Below, piece after piece: positions 45,725 through 48,463 of a stretch of 48,463 nucleotides of DNA. The notes beneath the pieces were generated by a model. That model saw only the letters and a list, made by a program, of their open reading frames with translations, was not told the origin of the DNA and did not search any database. The stretch lies in the IMG/VR virus record IMGVR_UViG_3300011102_000328, positions 1 to 48,463 of that record. One strand, 5' to 3'. The stretch's first letter is position 1. Each line of letters starts with the position of its first letter. Made by a program: the position numbers and the translations under genes. The DNA comes from a virus (Duplodnaviria; Caudoviricetes).

Positions 45725-47904
45725 CACAGACGACTGCTCCACTCTTCGCTGCCGATCTGCACAGGGCGTGCGGGCGGTCGCATCGGCCTGGCCGCCGGCA
45801 CGGACTGAGGTGTGGGGAGATGTACCGGCGCGGCACCAGCGGGTGCCGGCACGGGCACGGCGACCGGAGCGGGCCTCGGTGGCGCAGCATGGCCGGCCGC
45901 CGGTTCCTCCTCGACCAGCAGCGGCTGCTGCCGCAGGCGCACCTCGGCCATGCGCCACTGCGCCGGCTTGCGCAGGTGCAGCCGCAAGTGGCGGCACAAC
46001 CAGACGGCATAGACCGTGCAGTCCAGCGCCTCGTTGCGACGGTCCTTTCGATCGACCCAGTTGCGCACGCGCGGATTGCGCTTGCTCGGGATCTTGATCG
46101 CTCCGAGCAGCTGCTCGTAGAAGTCGTCGCGCACGCCGCGATACCAATGCATGCGCCCGGGGCCGTTGCCTGTCAGGCGCACGCGGCCACCGTGCTCCGA
46201 CCAGCCGAGGATCAGGTCCTTCGCCTTGGCCGTGCCCACAGTGTGCACCTGGACGCCGAGGCGCGAGGCCTTCGTCGACCGTACGTTGGGGTCGACGGCC
46301 TTCGGCGGCGTCCAGATCTCGACCTTGCCGACGGAATCCGCGGCTCCCTTGACGGCCAGCACCGGGCGCTCAGGGCTGTTGTGCTTGCGGACGAACTGGT
46401 AAACGGCCTCGTTGGTCTGCCCGTCCGAGCTGTCGATCGCGACGCCGATGATCCGCATGCCGGCGCCGCACGCGTGCTTCACGCGCCGGTTCATGAGCTG
46501 CTCGAGCTCTAGCCAGGCGCCCTGGTGCGCGATCACCGTCTGCCCGTAGTGCTCGCCCCAGTACGCGAGCCACATCTCCTCGCCGGCACCGACGGTCCAC
46601 ACCGTGACCGCCAGGCGGTCGTGCTGCACGTCGACCGTCATCAGCGCCTCGAGGCCTCCGGCCGGCGAGGTCCACTCCTCGTAGTCCTCGGCGCGGCCGC
46701 GCAGCTCCTCTTCCTCCGGCAGCTCGCCGCGGTATTCCCAAGGCAGGCCCAGGCAGCTGTTCCAGAAGGCGATCATGTCGCCGGGATCGCCCTCCTCCAT
46801 CTTGTGCTTGGCCTCGAGGTACTTGCGCGCCAGGACCGGCACGTAGGAGCCTGAGAACGTGCTCAGCAGCTCGTTGAGGTAGAAGCCAGGCGTGTCGCTG
46901 GCCGCAGTCGCGATGAACCCGCCGCCGGCCTGCTTCGCGCGCCGGATGTTGGCCACGCGCTCCTCGTCAGACCAGATCGTGCCGCAGTGCGGGCAGGTGT
47001 AGTACGCATCTTCCCAGCGGGCACGACCGTAGATCTCGCGCCGCGGCCACTTCTGGTCGAGCTCGGCCGGCGTCAGAGCCGCGTCCTCTTCGCTGAGGGT
47101 CAGGCCAGGGATCGTCACGTAGTCCCAGCTGGGCACGTGCATCTCGCCGCAGGCGTGGCACGGGACGTGGAAGTAGCGCTGGTCCGTCTTGGCCATCTCG
47201 GCCTCGACCACGCTCGCGCCCTTGGCCGTTGGCGTGCCCCCGATGACGATCAGGTGGTCCGGGTAGGTCTTGGCGCGTTCCTCGAGCAGCTTGACGCTGT
47301 TGCCCTGCCCCTTCACGTCGCCGGAGACGTCGTCTGGCTCCTCGATGATCACGACGCGCGCGCTGGTCGACTTCACGTCGCTGGGGCTGTTCGTGCCGAC
47401 CAGCTTCAAGAGGCCACCAGGGAACTTCTTTCGCAGCGCGCTGTTGCCCTGGGCGCGGCTCTTGAGCGAGATCCTGCTGCGCAGCGCCGGCGTCGCCTGG
47501 ATCATCGGATCGAGCTTCTCGCTCGCAAAGTCCTTGGCCGCCTGAGCGCGCGGGAAAGCGGCCACGATCACGCTCGGCCGGTGGTGGACGTTGTAGCCGA
47601 TGATGTTGCAGACAATGCCGGCCGTGTAGCCGACCTGAGCGCTCTTCTGCACCACGATCTTGCGGGTCATGCGCTCGCCGGCGACCTCTGCGATCTCGCG
47701 CAGCGCCGGCGAGATGTCCCACTTGAATCGGCCAGGCAGCGCCGTCTCCTCGGCGCTCAGCACGCGGTAGCGCTCGGCCCAGGCAGCCGGTGTGAGCGGC
47801 GGCGGCGGGGACAGCTTCGACCACACGCGCGCAAACAGGCGTCGCAGCGTCGCGCGCGCCCACGCGTCGCCAGTGGATGCACGGTCTGCCTGGGCGAAGG
47901 TCAT
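45724..47904 (-). CDS. Terminase large subunit (gpA family)
   Basis: KSAQVGYT, GGTPT, CHACG/CPHCG, TVDVQHDRL, IDSSDG, RNEALDC.VYA. Confidence 0.96.
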   Translation of the reverse strand: MTFAQADRASTGDAWARATLRRLFARVWSKLSPPPPLTPAAWAERYRVLSAEETALPGRFKWDISPALREIAEVAGERMTRKIVVQKSAQVGYTAGIVCNIIGYNVHHRPSVIVAAFPRAQAAKDFASEKLDPMIQATPALRSRISLKSRAQGNSALRKKFPGGLLKLVGTNSPSDVKSTSARVVIIEEPDDVSGDVKGQGNSVKLLEERAKTYPDHLIVIGGTPTAKGASVVEAEMAKTDQRYFHVPCHACGEMHVPSWDYVTIPGLTLSEEDAALTPAELDQKWPRREIYGRARWEDAYYTCPHCGTIWSDEERVANIRRAKQAGGGFIATAASDTPGFYLNELLSTFSGSYVPVLARKYLEAKHKMEEGDPGDMIAFWNSCLGLPWEYRGELPEEEELRGRAEDYEEWTSPAGGLEALMTVDVQHDRLAVTVWTVGAGEEMWLAYWGEHYGQTVIAHQGAWLELEQLMNRRVKHACGAGMRIIGVAIDSSDGQTNEAVYQFVRKHNSPERPVLAVKGAADSVGKVEIWTPPKAVDPNVRSTKASRLGVQVHTVGTAKAKDLILGWSEHGGRVRLTGNGPGRMHWYRGVRDDFYEQLLGAIKIPSKRNPRVRNWVDRKDRRNEALDCTVYAVWLCRHLRLHLRKPAQWRMAEVRLRQQPLLVEEEPAAGHAAPPRPAPVAVPVPAPAGAAPVHLPTPQSVPAARPMRPPARPVQIGSEEWSSRL

Positions 47905-48407
47905 CCCTCGATCACCTCCTCGTCCAGGTCTCCGGCGTCCTCGTCGAGCTCGTCCTCGGGATCCGCGCGCCAGTTGGCCAGTCGGCGCAGGAACTCGTCG
48001 AAGGCCTCGCGCAGCGTCTGTTCCATGGCGTCTCGGTCCTTGCCGATCAGCAGCGCCGCCAGGCGCATCGGCTCGCCGCGCAGGAACTCGCGCGCATTGA
48101 GCACCGCGCTGCGCCACAGCGGCTCGATCGCGTCAGCAGGCACCAGCTGGCCACGCTCGCGCGCCAGCTCCATCTCGATGCGCTCGGCCTGCACACGGTG
48201 CAGGCGATCCTTCGACGACTCCGGTGCCGCGGCCTTGCGCACCTCGCGCTCGACCAGCCATCGGATGCACGCGGCGGAGTCGTACTGGCTCGCCACGCCC
48301 GGCCCGCCGCGCACGGCGACCGGGAAGCCCTGCTCCTGCCACTCGACGATGGTCTTCGGAGCCACACCGAAAACGTCGGCGATAGTCTCTTGGCCCTCGA
48401 TCATCAT
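47901..48407 (-). CDS. Terminase small subunit (Nu1-like)
   Basis: IADVFGVAPKTIVEWQEQGFP...YDSAACIRW. Confidence 0.93.
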   Translation of the reverse strand: MMIEGQETIADVFGVAPKTIVEWQEQGFPVAVRGGPGVASQYDSAACIRWLVEREVRKAAAPESSKDRLHRVQAERIEMELARERGQLVPADAIEPLWRSAVLNAREFLRGEPMRLAALLIGKDRDAMEQTLREAFDEFLRRLANWRADPEDELDEDAGDLDEEVIEG

Positions 48408-48463
48408 GCTTACTTACCTCCTGCAGCCGGCCAGAACTAGCGTTTGGGGGAGGTCCGAACTAC

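Larger units (their letters stand above)
1..48463. mobile_element. Lambdoid temperate siphophage genome, excised form (intact attP), apparently near-complete
   Basis: Packaging, head, tail, lysis, integration, recombination and replication modules are all present; no host housekeeping genes; only one att copy, internal and beside int. Confidence 0.93.

Overview
The window looks like an essentially complete ~48.5 kb lambdoid temperate siphophage genome, probably from a betaproteobacterial host, in its excised form: a single intact attP carrying the 3' half of tRNA-His lies beside a tyrosine integrase, and the sequence opens next to the small terminase gene. Minus strand 1-6.8 kb: Cro-like, CII-like, ParB/MT-A70 methyltransferase plus nuclease, replication initiator with iterons, DnaB, resolvase-like, TraR/DksA-like. 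Plus strand 7.1-18.7 kb: Bet, YqaJ exonuclease, SSB, a mosaic of small ORFs, xis/int. 18.9-23.1 kb: accessory island. Minus strand 23-48 kb: terminase, Mor-like activator, ClpP-capsid fusion, tail genes, a displaced gpW/portal pair, lysis genes and fibres. Main observations: (1) a ~260-nt non-coding array of GG(C/T/A)-NN pentamers divided into units by GGCAGGC, lying between a conserved phage ORF and a truncated, possibly RAMP/Cas7-like gene, which is a candidate RNA-guided system using a non-contiguous dinucleotide code; (2) intact OR/OL operators but no cI gene between them; (3) two candidate anti-defence (acr-aca-like) modules, one built from duplicated ~130-bp promoter/leader cassettes; (4) a duplicated putative late promoter in front of the relocated portal module; (5) two structured RNA candidates. 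All product calls come from motif recognition by eye; no database searches were run.
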